From: Desulfatiglandales bacterium
GTDB taxonomy: Bacteria; Desulfobacterota; DSM-4660; Desulfatiglandales; HGW-15
Direction of reading: 5' to 3'
Assembly: GCA_963667015.2 (NCBI GenBank)
Contig: CAXXJJ010000004.1
Span: 672,001 to 736,000 of the forward strand
Length of the DNA: 64,000 nucleotides
Below the pieces are notes generated by a model. It made no database searches. It had not been told where the DNA came from and was given only the letters and a program-made list of their open reading frames with translations. Positions 29,320 through 40,542 of this stretch are shown in pieces; the stretch's first letter is position 1; the number at the start of each line of letters is the position of its first letter. A program made the translations under genes and the position numbers.

Positions 29320-30333
29320 TTATCTCTTCCTTTTCTTCTGATAGGTATATACAGCCCTGTTGTGTTCTGCCAGGGTACTGGAAAAGTGGTGGGAACCATC
29401 ATTTTTTGATACAAAATAAAGGTAGTCTGTTTTTGCAGGATAAAGCACAGCTTTAATGGAATCCTCTCCCGGATTGGCAATCGGACCTGGAGGAAGTCCT
29501 CTTATCACATAGGTATTATATGGTGTATGGGTGGAGAGATCTCTTTTTTTAAGGTTGCCTGAAAAATCTTTTATTCCATAGATGACAGTGGGATCACTTT
29601 CAAGCCTCATATGTTTTCTTATGCGGTTAAGGAACACACTTGCAATCAGGGGTCTTTCCGCTGCCTTTCCCGTCTCCTTTTCTACTATCGATGCAAGTGT
29701 AACGATCTCATGAAGTGTCATTCCACTCTCTTCTATCTTCTGCTCAAAGGGATCAGTTACCTGCCGGAATCTTTTTACCATTGCATCAACTATTGCACTG
29801 GCGTTCAGGCCTCTGGCAAACTGGTATGTATCCGGATACAGATATCCTTCCAGCCCGGGGCCATCGATGCCATAATTATTCGCGACCCCATCACCAAGGG
29901 CATAAAAAAGAAACTTTTCCCTGTCAATAAGGCCGCTGGCTGACAGTACCTCAGCGATCTGCTCTATGGAATATCCTTCAGGAATAGTAACAGTATGGGA
30001 TATAACTTCTCCCCTGGTTATTATCTCCAGTATTCTTCCGGGAGTCATCGAAGGATTCAGGATATATTCTCCGGCCTTTATCATCCTGCTGTAATCATTT
30101 ATCTTTGCCAGAAGCACAAATGCCGTACTGTTTTTAACAAGTCCTTCCTTCTCCAGTGCTCGTGATATCTCCTTCAGATGCATTCCTTCTCTTATAACAA
30201 TTGTCTCATCCTCTCCGCTTTCAAGGACCGGAGAGGTATAATATATCCACAGACCGGCACCCGCTCCCGTTATAGCAAAGAACAGAAGGATCGCAGTCAG
30301 AAGAACAGTAATCTTTGTTGATTTTTTCAGCAT
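29320..30333 (-). CDS. mltG: endolytic transglycosylase MltG
   Basis: TIPEG, LEGYLYPDTY, LASIVEKET, M.LESDPTV.YG, PYNTY...GLPPGPI.NPG, YLYFV. Confidence 0.95.
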   Translation of the reverse strand: MLKKSTKITVLLTAILLFFAITGAGAGLWIYYTSPVLESGEDETIVIREGMHLKEISRALEKEGLVKNSTAFVLLAKINDYSRMIKAGEYILNPSMTPGRILEIITRGEVISHTVTIPEGYSIEQIAEVLSASGLIDREKFLFYALGDGVANNYGIDGPGLEGYLYPDTYQFARGLNASAIVDAMVKRFRQVTDPFEQKIEESGMTLHEIVTLASIVEKETGKAAERPLIASVFLNRIRKHMRLESDPTVIYGIKDFSGNLKKRDLSTHTPYNTYVIRGLPPGPIANPGEDSIKAVLYPAKTDYLYFVSKNDGSHHFSSTLAEHNRAVYTYQKKRKR

Positions 30334-30380
30334 TTATCCATCAATTTATAGTTTTACTCCGAAATAACATCAGGATAAGG

Positions 30381-31037
30381 TTAATCAGATCCCCATCCGT
30401 TCAGGGGACAATTATCACATTTTGGATTTTTTTTGCAATAATCCTTGCCGATCCGGACAAGGAGGGCATGAAACTCGTTAAAGAGTTCATGGTCCGGTTC
30501 GAGATTATCCATAAACAGGTCCTGTAGTTCATCATATGTTACCTGTTCATCTGCCATATTATGCCGGTTAAGTATCCTGTAGGTATATGTATCAATTACG
30601 AATATTGGCTTTTTTGCAGCATATAGGATGATGCTGTCTGCTGTTTCAGGCCCGATACCTTTTACAGATAAAAGTGCCATGCGCTGAGAGTCGACGCTCT
30701 CATTAAACAGCAGGGAGATATCACCCTCATATTCCTCCGCTATCATAGCGACCAGGTTCTTAAGCCTTTTTGATTTCAGATTATAATATCCGGCAGGCCT
30801 GATATATTCTGCCAGCTTTTCAGCAGAAATCTCATAAATATCCCTCACTGAAAGCAGTTTTTCTCTCTTAAGGTTTGACAGGGCCTTTTCAACATTTGTC
30901 CAGCTTGTATTCTGTGTGAGGATAGCGCCTGCCATCATCTCAAAGGGACCGTCTCCGGGCCACCAGTTCTGCGGCCCAAACCGGTCCAGCATAAGGTTGA
31001 ACATATCCATGAGTTTGTTTTGTGTATAGTCTGACAA
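30381..31037 (-). CDS. endonuclease III-like HhH-GPD DNA glycosylase
   Basis: GPQNWWP, GAILTQNT.W.NV, LL.VKGIGPETADSI, C-terminal C.....C..CPL. Confidence 0.9.
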   Translation of the reverse strand: MSDYTQNKLMDMFNLMLDRFGPQNWWPGDGPFEMMAGAILTQNTSWTNVEKALSNLKREKLLSVRDIYEISAEKLAEYIRPAGYYNLKSKRLKNLVAMIAEEYEGDISLLFNESVDSQRMALLSVKGIGPETADSIILYAAKKPIFVIDTYTYRILNRHNMADEQVTYDELQDLFMDNLEPDHELFNEFHALLVRIGKDYCKKNPKCDNCPLNGWGSD

Positions 31038-31072
31038 TAAAATAATCCTTTCCTGGACGAAAACTTATTACC

Positions 31073-31101
31073 TTGACAGGTGAAGCAGGATACCTTAAAT
31101 T
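31073..31101 (+). promoter_or_regulatory. sigma70 promoter of the fusA paralog
   Basis: TTGACA, 17-bp spacer, TAAATT. Confidence 0.55.
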
Positions 31102-31232
31102 TACGCCGCATGTCAAATGAGCAGGGCACAGAATCTCTTAAAGTTACTGTGCCAGAGAGCCGTTAAAACAGATGAATACGTATAAATTTCATATATTATG
31201 ATTAACAGTTATTTAAAAGAGCAGTTATAAAA

Positions 31233-33266
31233 ATGCCTCCGGTACCAAAACTTACACATACAAGAAACATCGGCATCATTGCACACATTGATGCCGGTAA
31301 AACTACCACAACTGAAAGAATACTTTTCTATACAGGTAAAGTGCATAAGATGGGCGAGGTCCATAATGGCGAGGCCACCATGGACTGGATGCTCGAGGAG
31401 AGAGAACGTGGTATTACAATTACCTCGGCCGTGACCTCCTGCAACTGGGATAACCATATAATAAATATTATTGATACACCCGGTCATGTTGACTTTACTA
31501 TTGAGGTTGAAAGATCTCTCAGGGTCCTTGACGGCGCTATTGGTGTTTTCTGCGCAGTGGGCGGTGTTGAACCCCAGTCAGAAACAGTATGGCATCAGGC
31601 AGACCACTACAAGGTCCCCAAAATGGCCTTCATCAATAAGATGGACCGTATTGGAGCGGATTTTTTCAGGGTTATTGATATGATGAAGGATCGCCTGGGC
31701 ATTAAACCCCTTATCATTCAGTTACCCTGGGGCGCGGAAGATAATTTTAAGGGTATTATAGACCTGTTAAAGATGACGGCAATTGTCTGGGAGGATGAAA
31801 GCCTGGGTGCGGCATATGAAGAAATCCCTATCCCAGATGACATGATGGATGATGCACTGATCTATAGAGATCAGCTCATTGAAACCGTATCGGAATTCAA
31901 TGATGAGATAATGGAAAAATACCTGGCAGAAGAAGAAATTGATATCGCGGACCTGAAAAATGCGATTCGTCAGTCTACAATAAAGCTGGATTATGTGCCC
32001 ATACTGTGCGGCAGTTCCCTTAGAAACAAAGGCGTTCAACCACTCCTTGACAATATAGTCAGCTACCTCCCTTCTCCACTTGATGTGCTTGCAGTAAAGG
32101 GACATTTACCAGACAGTGGAGTTGAAGAAACAAGAGAATGTAATCCCAAAGGCCCGTTCTCAGCCCTCGTTTTTAAGGTTATGATGGATCAGGGGCGGAA
32201 GATGACCTACATGAGGGTTTATTCCGGGACAATAAAGGCCGGTGACACGGTATATAATCCGGGTAAAGGTATTAAGGAAAAACTGGCAAGACTCCTCAAG
32301 ATGCATTCAAATAAAAGGGAGCGAATTGACAGCGCATCGGCAGGAGATATCGTCGCTGTCATGGGACTGAAGCTTTCTACAACAGGAGATACTCTCTGCA
32401 CAGAAGACAAACCTATTCTGCTTGAAGCTATCACTGTTAATGAACCTGTTATCTCCGTGGCAATGGAACCCAAAAAGATACAGGACCAGGACAAACTTCT
32501 GGATGTACTTTCCAAGCTTTCGGATGAAGATCCGACATTCAAATACAGGATAGATGAAGAGACAGGCCAGATCCTGATTTCGGGAATGGGTGAACTTCAT
32601 CTTGAAATCATTATTGAAAGGATCAGGAGGGAGTTCCTGGTCGAGACAAACCAGGGTAAACAGCAGGTTGTGTTCAGAGAGACCATCGCCCAGGATGTTG
32701 AACATGAAGAGACCTTTGAAAAGGATCTCGCAGGCCAAAAACATTTTGCCGGTGTTAAGATCATGATATCTTCCCTCACAAGGGGCAGCGGAAATCAGTT
32801 TGTAAACAAATGTGATAATCCTGCCCTCAGCCCGGAATTTATCGAAGCCATAAGGGAAGGCATTGATGAAGCTGCAACAAGCGGTATCATGATGGGGTAC
32901 CCTGTTATTGATGTTGAAACAACACTCCTGGATGTTAAAATCGATGAGGCGGCTTCTGATGCCATGGCTTTCAAAGTGGCCTCAAACATGGCCTTCAGCA
33001 ATGCATGTGTAAAGGGAGATCCTCAGCTCCTTGAACCCATTATGGAGGTAGAGATACTTGTGCCTGAAGAGTTTATGGGTGAGGTTATAGGTGATCTGAA
33101 TTCCAGAAGCGGAAAGATTGAGGGGATAACGGCCAAGGGGCTTATCCAGGTAATAGATGCCAGCGTACCACTTTCAAAGATGTTCGGGTATTCCACTTCC
33201 CTCCGATCTGTTACACAGGGAAGGGCCACATACAGCATGCAGTTCAGCCATTATGATAAGGTATAA
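31233..33266 (+). CDS. fusA: elongation factor G paralog (outside the str operon)
   Basis: [40 protein letters not shown]; no rpsL/rpsG/tuf nearby. Confidence 0.93.
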   Translation: MPPVPKLTHTRNIGIIAHIDAGKTTTTERILFYTGKVHKMGEVHNGEATMDWMLEERERGITITSAVTSCNWDNHIINIIDTPGHVDFTIEVERSLRVLDGAIGVFCAVGGVEPQSETVWHQADHYKVPKMAFINKMDRIGADFFRVIDMMKDRLGIKPLIIQLPWGAEDNFKGIIDLLKMTAIVWEDESLGAAYEEIPIPDDMMDDALIYRDQLIETVSEFNDEIMEKYLAEEEIDIADLKNAIRQSTIKLDYVPILCGSSLRNKGVQPLLDNIVSYLPSPLDVLAVKGHLPDSGVEETRECNPKGPFSALVFKVMMDQGRKMTYMRVYSGTIKAGDTVYNPGKGIKEKLARLLKMHSNKRERIDSASAGDIVAVMGLKLSTTGDTLCTEDKPILLEAITVNEPVISVAMEPKKIQDQDKLLDVLSKLSDEDPTFKYRIDEETGQILISGMGELHLEIIIERIRREFLVETNQGKQQVVFRETIAQDVEHEETFEKDLAGQKHFAGVKIMISSLTRGSGNQFVNKCDNPALSPEFIEAIREGIDEAATSGIMMGYPVIDVETTLLDVKIDEAASDAMAFKVASNMAFSNACVKGDPQLLEPIMEVEILVPEEFMGEVIGDLNSRSGKIEGITAKGLIQVIDASVPLSKMFGYSTSLRSVTQGRATYSMQFSHYDKV

Positions 33267-33274
33267 TAAAAGAA

Positions 33275-33305
33275 AGGCGCAGGGCACAGGGCTCAAGGCG
33301 CAAGG
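33275..33305 (+). repeat. degenerate 7-mer tandem repeat (AGGCGCA GGGCACA GGGCTCA AGGCGCA AGG)
   Basis: Read directly; lies between convergent genes. Confidence 0.65.
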
Positions 33306-33322
33306 AAAATGAAATACGGCTG

Positions 33323-33634
33323 TCAGCTCATCCTGATCATAAGCTGACCCTTTGCGACCTTGTCACCTTTGGATACGAGTATTTCAGCCACCTTTCCGTC
33401 TGATTCAGCCTCAATGTCATTGTACATCTTCATTGCTTCGAGAACAATCACCACATCACCGGCAGCTACATCCTGCCCCTTCCTGACCTTTATATCGATT
33501 ATACTCCCGGGAATAATGGCGCGTATATCTCCGGGATTAACTGCTTCTTTCTTCCCCTCCCTGATATATCCCTCCGGGATTTCTGTCTCGTAACTTGTAT
33601 CATCTACAACGAGGTGCTCTATCTTTTTTTCCAT
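33323..33634 (-). CDS. biotin carboxyl carrier protein
   Basis: IPG.I....V..G..V..GD....LEAMKM.N.I.A. Confidence 0.92.
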   Translation of the reverse strand: MEKKIEHLVVDDTSYETEIPEGYIREGKKEAVNPGDIRAIIPGSIIDIKVRKGQDVAAGDVVIVLEAMKMYNDIEAESDGKVAEILVSKGDKVAKGQLMIRMS

Positions 33635-33644
33635 ATCTTAATCC

Positions 33645-35201
33645 TTAGAGCGGTAAATTACCGTGTCTCCTGTTATAGGCAGAAGCCTTTTTTGTCTTTG
33701 TTATTTCAAGGGCCTTTATGAGTGCATCCCTTGTTTTATCAGGTTCAATAATCATATCAACATAACCCCTTGATGCGGCAATATAGGGATTGGCGAACTT
33801 TTCCTCATATTCCCTTACCTTTTCCTGCCTGGTTTTTTCAGGGTCATCGCTTGTTGTAATTTCTTTGCGGAAGATTATATTGGCAGCCCCTTCAGGCCCC
33901 ATTACAGCGATCTCGGCAGTGGGCCATGCAATTACCATGTTGGCTCCCAGGTGCCTGCTGCACATTGCAATATACGCCCCGCCATAGGCCTTTCTCATAA
34001 CAACAGTAAACTTGGGCACCGTAGCTTCACTGTATGAATACAGGAGCTTTGCGCCATGCCTTATTATCCCTGAATGCTCCTGGTCTACCCCGGGCAGATA
34101 CCCCGGTGTGTCCACAAATGTCAGGAGCGGGATATTGAATGAATCACAGAACCTTATAAACCTGGCAGCCTTGTCCGATGCATCTACATCAAGAACGCCT
34201 GCCAGCACCCTGGGCTGGTTGGCAATTATACCTACAGGCTTTCCTGAGATTCGGGCAAACCCGATCACGATATTCTTTGCAAAGAGTTCCTGCACTTCAA
34301 AAAATCTTGAACCGTCGACTATGCCCCTGATTATATCTTTTACATCGTAGGGTTTTTTTCTTTCATTTGGCAGAACCCTACGGCTCTCAGGATGCCCGAG
34401 AGGAGTTTCCGGAGGATCTATCTTTTTTGAAACAGGCGGTTCTTCACTGCTGTTTGCAGGAAGATATGAAAGGAGCTCTCTTATCTGCTCAAAGGCCTCA
34501 GCCTCTGTATTTGCATAGAAATGTGCATTACCGGTTTTTTCCGCATGTGTTTTTGCACCGCCCAGGCTTTCGGCATCTATCTCTTCGCCTATTACCGATT
34601 TGATTACCTGCGGGCCTGTAATAAACATGTTGGATATCCTGTCCACAACAAAGACAAAGTCAGTAAGCGCGGGGGAATATACTGCACCACCGGCACATGG
34701 ACCGAGTATAACCGACAACTGGGGTACCACACCGCTTAACTGGGTATTCCTGTAAAAGATATCGCCGTAACCGCAGAGTGAATCCACGCCTTCCTGAATC
34801 CTTGCTCCGCCGGAATCATTTATACCTATAAGAGGGATACCCATATCACCGGCAGAATCCATGATCTTTACAATTTTACCTGCATGGGCCTTGCCGAGAG
34901 ACCCACCTGCAACAGTAAAATCCTGGGCAAATACGGCAACAGGTCTTTCATCCACTTTGCCGAAACCTGTTACAACACCGTCTCCGGCAAGCTTTTTGGA
35001 TTCCATACCGAAATCCTTTACGGAGTGCTCAACAAAGAGGTCTGTCTCAAAAAAAGATTCCAGGTCAAGGATATTATCTATCCTCTCTCTTGCGTTGAGT
35101 TTTCCTATTTTCTTCTGTTTCTGAATGGATGCCTCACCACCCCCCTTTAGCAGGCGGGATGCCCTTGAAACAAAATCATTAATTTTATCTTTTATATTCA
35201 T
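33645..35201 (-). CDS. acyl-CoA carboxyltransferase beta subunit (PccB/MmdA family)
   Basis: DSGGARIQEG, GPCAGGAVYSPA.TDF, K.ARFIRFCD.FNIP, RKAYGGAY, AVMGPEGA, HGNLPL. Confidence 0.94.
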   Translation of the reverse strand: MNIKDKINDFVSRASRLLKGGGEASIQKQKKIGKLNARERIDNILDLESFFETDLFVEHSVKDFGMESKKLAGDGVVTGFGKVDERPVAVFAQDFTVAGGSLGKAHAGKIVKIMDSAGDMGIPLIGINDSGGARIQEGVDSLCGYGDIFYRNTQLSGVVPQLSVILGPCAGGAVYSPALTDFVFVVDRISNMFITGPQVIKSVIGEEIDAESLGGAKTHAEKTGNAHFYANTEAEAFEQIRELLSYLPANSSEEPPVSKKIDPPETPLGHPESRRVLPNERKKPYDVKDIIRGIVDGSRFFEVQELFAKNIVIGFARISGKPVGIIANQPRVLAGVLDVDASDKAARFIRFCDSFNIPLLTFVDTPGYLPGVDQEHSGIIRHGAKLLYSYSEATVPKFTVVMRKAYGGAYIAMCSRHLGANMVIAWPTAEIAVMGPEGAANIIFRKEITTSDDPEKTRQEKVREYEEKFANPYIAASRGYVDMIIEPDKTRDALIKALEITKTKKASAYNRRHGNLPL

Positions 35202-35222
35202 TGGTCTATAAACCTTTCTGTA

Positions 35223-36047
35223 TTATCCTGCAATTATTCTGCAGTTGTTTGTAAGCCTTCCTATGCCTTCTATTTCGACAGTAACCCTGTCACCATCTTT
35301 CATGTATATGGACGGCTCTCTGAATGTTCCGACTCCATGGGGTGTTCCGGTAAGTATAACATCTCCCGGAAGAAGGGTAAAATTTCGGGATATAAAGCTT
35401 ATCAGTTCAGGGATTTTAAAAAGCATCAAATCAGTATTGCTGTCCTGCATCAACTTGTCATTGAGACTGCATTTTATTGATAGAGTATTTGGATCTTTTA
35501 TTTCATCCGCAGTTACAATCCATGGTCCGAGCGGACAAAAGGTATCAAGGGATTTTCCCCTTACCCACTGACCATCACCGAACTGCAGGTCCCTTGCACT
35601 CACATCATTTGCACATGTATATCCGAAAATGTTCTCCATCACTTCTTCTTCGGGGCATTTATAGATTTTTTTTCCGATGATCACAGCAAGCTCGGCCTCA
35701 AAATCCACCTTTTTTGTGAGATCAGTGTTCCATAAAATTGTCTTTTGATGTGCAAGAAGACTTGTAGAGTATTTTGAAAAAAGCAAAGGCCTTTCGGGCG
35801 GTTCTCCATGGCTCTCTTTGATATGGTCCAGGTAGTTCAAACCGATACATACTATTTTGGAAGGTCTTGTCAGGGCAGGAGCAAAATCTATATTTTCAGA
35901 CAAAATCGGATTTTTCTCTTTGATAGTCTCCGGTTTCTCAGAAATGAAATCAACCATATCACCGGCAAAATCAATGGGAAACACCTCATTTCCATCGAGT
36001 ATGCCAAGCCGGATACTACCATTATCGCGGTATTGTAAAATCTTCAT
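35223..36047 (-). CDS. fumarylacetoacetate hydrolase family protein
   Basis: KIVCIGLNY.DH, DFEAEL, NDVSARDLQ, GKS.DTFCP.GP, PGDVILTGTP.GVG; start MKILQ at 36047. Confidence 0.92.
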   Translation of the reverse strand: MKILQYRDNGSIRLGILDGNEVFPIDFAGDMVDFISEKPETIKEKNPILSENIDFAPALTRPSKIVCIGLNYLDHIKESHGEPPERPLLFSKYSTSLLAHQKTILWNTDLTKKVDFEAELAVIIGKKIYKCPEEEVMENIFGYTCANDVSARDLQFGDGQWVRGKSLDTFCPLGPWIVTADEIKDPNTLSIKCSLNDKLMQDSNTDLMLFKIPELISFISRNFTLLPGDVILTGTPHGVGTFREPSIYMKDGDRVTVEIEGIGRLTNNCRIIAG

Positions 36048-36182
36048 TTTCCCTATCCCTCTCCGTAAAAACAAAAGGGTTTAACACAAGGCAACACACC
36101 CAGTCAAATTAAAATCCGGGTATTATTACAGGAAAAAATCTGCTATAAGACCACTCATCTCATAAAATAAGGATATAAGCAA

Positions 36183-37373
36183 ATGGAATTACTTGCCCCT
36201 GCGGGGAACCTGGAAAAACTGAAATGGTCGGTCACCTATGGCGCTGATGCCGTTTATTTCGGAACTGAGTTCGGTTCTCTTAGAAGCTTTGCAGGTAATT
36301 TCAGTATGGACGATGCCAGGAAAGGGATTGGCTACCTGCATAAAAGAGGGAAAAAAGGATATGTAGCCCTCAATATTTATCCCTTTTCAGAGGAATTTGA
36401 GAAAATAAGGGACACGGCAATAGCCCTTGATGACATGGGAATAGACGCGTTCATAATCTCCGACATCGGGGTCCTTAGAGAATTATCAAAACTCGGGTTA
36501 AAGGCTGAACTGCATATAAGTACACAGGCCAATACCACCAGTTATCAGGCAGCCCTTGCCTACAGCGAACTGGGGGCTTCAAGAGTTATTCTGGCCCGGG
36601 AACTTTCCATTGACCGAATCAGGGAGATTACAAAAAAAACAAAAGGAAGCATAGAAACAGAGGTGTTTATTCATGGAGCCGTATGTTTCTCCTATTCAGG
36701 TAGATGTGCAATAAGCGATTACCTTACAGGATACAGGGCAAACCGAGGTGAATGCAAACACCCGTGCAGGTGGAAATATGCCTTAATGGAAGAAACAAGG
36801 CCCGGAAAATATATGCCCGTATTTGAAGATGACAGAGGCCTTTACCTTTTTAACAGCAGGGATACTGCATTATTTGAGTTTTTGCCTGACCTCATGGAAG
36901 CAGGAATTGCATCAATAAAGATTGAAGGCAGAATGAAATCCATACATTATCTTGCAACCGTTGTATCCTATTACAGGCAGGTACTGGACGGCAAAAAGTT
37001 TTCAAAAGAGCAGAGTATCAGGATGCTCTGCAGGGTTCCAAACAGGGGGCTTTCCACTGGGTTCATCAAGGGATATATTGACGAAAACGATTATCAGCTT
37101 GAAGAGAGCGGCTCCTACTCTGAGTCTGTTTTTGTAGGTAATATTATCGAAGAAAAAAATGACGATATGTCTGTTCTGGAGGTAAGAAACAAGATACATG
37201 AAGGCGAGACACTTGAGGTACTGAATACTGACGGGACACTTTCAGAAATAAAGATGTCATCCCCTCTCATTACAAAAACCGGGCAGAAGCTTACCGAAGT
37301 AAATCACTCGCAATTCATCCTTATTGATATGGATCTCCCCCCCTATACCATTCTCAGGAGGGTAAAAGATTAG
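36183..37373 (+). CDS. U32 peptidase family (TrhP/RlhA-like RNA hydroxylation) protein
   Basis: MELLAPAG, GADAVY, H.STQ, LARELS, HGA.C.SYSGRC, NRG.C..PCRW, KIEGR. Confidence 0.9.
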   Translation: MELLAPAGNLEKLKWSVTYGADAVYFGTEFGSLRSFAGNFSMDDARKGIGYLHKRGKKGYVALNIYPFSEEFEKIRDTAIALDDMGIDAFIISDIGVLRELSKLGLKAELHISTQANTTSYQAALAYSELGASRVILARELSIDRIREITKKTKGSIETEVFIHGAVCFSYSGRCAISDYLTGYRANRGECKHPCRWKYALMEETRPGKYMPVFEDDRGLYLFNSRDTALFEFLPDLMEAGIASIKIEGRMKSIHYLATVVSYYRQVLDGKKFSKEQSIRMLCRVPNRGLSTGFIKGYIDENDYQLEESGSYSESVFVGNIIEEKNDDMSVLEVRNKIHEGETLEVLNTDGTLSEIKMSSPLITKTGQKLTEVNHSQFILIDMDLPPYTILRRVKD

Positions 37374-39748
37374 TTCTCTCCCGGTTTTTTGAAGATATTC
37401 TGAACCGCCGCTGATAATTCTGTCTTTGTAAAGGGTTTCAGAATATAGGCTGAAAATCCTGTCTCTTTCGCCTTCTTCTCATCAATCAATGGATTATGGC
37501 CAGAAGAGAGTATGACCGGGATATCAGATCTTATATCTCTTATTTTCTCAAAGAGCATCAGCGCGTTCATCTGGGGCATGGCCATATCGGTAATAACTAG
37601 ATCATAGTATTCAGGATCTTTCTTCAGAAGTTCGAGGGCTTTTTTAGGATTTGTTTCCGGATCTACCTTAAACCCCATGCTTTCCAGCAGCCGCGTAGCA
37701 ATCTTTGTTATCTGCTCTTCGTCATCAATAAAAAGTATTTTCTTTCTGTCTGATGAAATATTCGTATCCGGGATATCCTCTTTTACCTCTTCTTTTATAC
37801 CCGGCAACAGGATTGTAAAGGTGGCGCCTCTTCCGGGTTTACTTTTAACATTGATTGATCCCTTGTGTTTATTGACTATTCCCTGCACTACGGAAAGTCC
37901 CATACCTGATCCCTTGCCTACCTCTTTTGTAGTAAAGTATGGATCAAAAATCTTTTCATGCAGATCAGCAGGAATACCGGGACCATTATCACTTATGACA
38001 ATTTTAATATACTCGCCATTGGAAAGGACATCACCATTAACTTCTGGTAAATGATCAACGGTAATGTTTTGTACGCTGACATTTATCTTTCCTCCGGTGC
38101 TTTCCATTGCCTGGGCAGAATTTGCACAGATATTCATTATGATTTGATCAATCTGGGTTGGATCGGCAATAATACTGGGGTTAGAGACATCTATCTCTTT
38201 TTCTATTTCAATCGTAGCAGAGATTGTTGATCTTAAAAATTTCAGGGCATCATCTATTACCGATACGATATCAATCCTTTCCTTTTTTACATCCATATTT
38301 CTGCTGAAGGTAAGCAGCTGGCGGACGACCTCCTTTGCCCTCAGAACGGCCTTTACTATTTCCTGCAGGTTGGCGTATGCAGGATTCCATTCGGGAACAT
38401 CATCCATACACAACTCAGTGTTACCGATAATAATCCCCAGTATATTATTGATATCATGCGCGACACCGCCTGCAAGGGTACCTATTGTCTCCATCTTCTG
38501 AGCATGATGTAGTTTCAGTTCCAGTTGATTTCTTTCCTGCTCCATCAATTTTTGTTCGGTAACATCCTGGCCTGTTCCTCTTATCAGGTATCGTTTTCCT
38601 TCCCTGTATTCATGCCTGCCCACAAAAATCGATAGATACCTGATTTCACCATTCGGCCTAATTATTCTGTATTCAATATGGTAGTCCTCTTCCTGACGAC
38701 TATGCATTGACTTAACGCGCTCAAAATCATCAGGATGGATATAATCAAGATATCTTTCAGGGTTCAAATCATCTGTTTTATCAATACCATGAATTTTATA
38801 TAATTCATCGGACCACCAAAGTTCTTTAGTTTCGAGGTTATATTCATAGGTACCGATATGGGCGATCTCCTGGGTTTGAAAAAGCCTTTGTTCATTGAGG
38901 ATTCTTTCCTCATCATGTTTTTTCTGATCTGTAATATCCTGACAGATTCCAAAAACATGAACAATATTTCCCCGGGAATCTCTTGATATCCTCGACCGGG
39001 AATATAAGTATCTGATATGACCCTTATCATCAAAAATCCTGTACTCTATATTATAGGGTATGGCCTCATTAATTGAGCCCTGAAACGCCTGCACCACTTT
39101 TTCTGCATCATCAGGGTGGGTTTTTGCTTTCATGGCGTCCAGTACATTACCCTGCCAGTCCTCCGGGATTTCCCAGATTCTTTTAAGTTCATCGGAACAT
39201 AGAAAGACACCTGTCTCTACATCCAGTTCCCAGCTTCCTATATGTGCTATACGTTGTGTTTCTGCCAGGTTATGCTGATACTTTTGAATGGTCGACTCTA
39301 TTTCTTTCTGCTCCTCCAGATTCCTGCAAAGGCATATCTGCCATACCTTATTATCTACGGGGAAAAGGTGCCCATTGACTTCAACATCGATCAGGGTGCC
39401 GTCTTTTCGTTTATGAATTGATTCAAAACTCACCAGGGTATTCTGAACTATCTTTGCGCTCAGTTTTATTTGTTCAGGAGTAAACAGGGTATCCCAGTCC
39501 CATACAGATAATTTTAATATTTCCTCACGGGAATACTTGAGCATATCAATAAATCTGCTGTTTGCCTCAAAAACAGAAAAATTATTATCCAGCAATACAA
39601 CCGGGCAATTAATGGTCTCCAGTTTTTCTCTTAGACTATCCGGATTTGAGATAAGCGCCGATACTGTCTCAATGAATTCATCATTTATGATAAGATTCGG
39701 GTCATCCGCCAGGTAGGCTTTCTGTACTTCGCCTTTATTCTCAGCCAT
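37370..39748 (-). CDS. hybrid PAS sensor histidine kinase / response regulator
   Basis: Three PAS regions; AGGVAHDINN H-box; N, G1, F, G2 boxes; C-terminal REC (IDDE, TDMAMP, KP). Confidence 0.93.
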   Translation of the reverse strand: MAENKGEVQKAYLADDPNLIINDEFIETVSALISNPDSLREKLETINCPVVLLDNNFSVFEANSRFIDMLKYSREEILKLSVWDWDTLFTPEQIKLSAKIVQNTLVSFESIHKRKDGTLIDVEVNGHLFPVDNKVWQICLCRNLEEQKEIESTIQKYQHNLAETQRIAHIGSWELDVETGVFLCSDELKRIWEIPEDWQGNVLDAMKAKTHPDDAEKVVQAFQGSINEAIPYNIEYRIFDDKGHIRYLYSRSRISRDSRGNIVHVFGICQDITDQKKHDEERILNEQRLFQTQEIAHIGTYEYNLETKELWWSDELYKIHGIDKTDDLNPERYLDYIHPDDFERVKSMHSRQEEDYHIEYRIIRPNGEIRYLSIFVGRHEYREGKRYLIRGTGQDVTEQKLMEQERNQLELKLHHAQKMETIGTLAGGVAHDINNILGIIIGNTELCMDDVPEWNPAYANLQEIVKAVLRAKEVVRQLLTFSRNMDVKKERIDIVSVIDDALKFLRSTISATIEIEKEIDVSNPSIIADPTQIDQIIMNICANSAQAMESTGGKINVSVQNITVDHLPEVNGDVLSNGEYIKIVISDNGPGIPADLHEKIFDPYFTTKEVGKGSGMGLSVVQGIVNKHKGSINVKSKPGRGATFTILLPGIKEEVKEDIPDTNISSDRKKILFIDDEEQITKIATRLLESMGFKVDPETNPKKALELLKKDPEYYDLVITDMAMPQMNALMLFEKIRDIRSDIPVILSSGHNPLIDEKKAKETGFSAYILKPFTKTELSAAVQNIFKKPGEN

Positions 39749-40084
39749 GGTTTACCTCTGAACAGCATATATTAAATTAATTTTTTCTTTATTGATCAGG
39801 TAAAGCAAAGCAAATTAACAGGTAATTAATCTCATATGAAATTATAACAATCAATGCAAATATCATAATCTTTCATAAAAGTATATGACCAGTTAATCAC
39901 ATGAAAGAGCAAAGCAAATACACAATAAATCCATAATAAGACTTATTGTATCACAATATGTAGTACCCGATATTGACATAATCCCGGATAAAAGTATATA
40001 AATTTGTTATTTTTTAAACTGATTAAATCATTTGCGGAGAGAAAAAAATGCGCATGTTTAGTCGATTCGATCGGAGATTAGGGA

Positions 40085-40474
40085 ATGGAGATATTAAACT
40101 GGGAGGAAGAGCGGAAGCTTATAAATGAAAATGCTATAGCGCAACATGAAAGACTTCATAAACTGTTTAAGGAAAATCGTTTTGCATTTGAAATCGAAAG
40201 AAAAAAAATGATCAACGAAATAATAGAAAATGCAGCAAATGAAGATCAGAAAAAAAGATTAAAGAAGATTCAGGAATCCTGGGACAATAAGATGAAAAAA
40301 GCAGGAACAAAAAGTAACAGATTTACGCTGGCTCAGCACCTTTTCTGGGAGCATGTTGAAAACATCTGGAATCCGTTTATTCAGGAATTCAGCAGAGAAT
40401 TAAGCAGCCTGGTTAAACAAAGAGGATATTCAAAGGTAATACACCAGGCATCCGCAGAAAATACCCGGGTATAA
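40085..40474 (+). CDS. hypothetical protein, DUF3135-like
   Basis: 129 aa helical; FE.ER...I.E.I..A....Q..RL...Q pattern; GGAG RBS; TTGACA upstream at 39973. Confidence 0.55.
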   Translation: MEILNWEEERKLINENAIAQHERLHKLFKENRFAFEIERKKMINEIIENAANEDQKKRLKKIQESWDNKMKKAGTKSNRFTLAQHLFWEHVENIWNPFIQEFSRELSSLVKQRGYSKVIHQASAENTRV

Positions 40475-40486
40475 TCGATTTACAAA

Positions 40487-40530
40487 AAAAATAACCCGGT
40501 TCTCATTTCAAATGGTACCGGGTTATTTTT
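40487..40530. terminator. bidirectional intrinsic terminator
   Basis: AAAAATAACCCGGT ... ACCGGGTTATTTTT between convergent genes. Confidence 0.8.
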
Positions 40531-40542
40531 AATAGTTATTGT

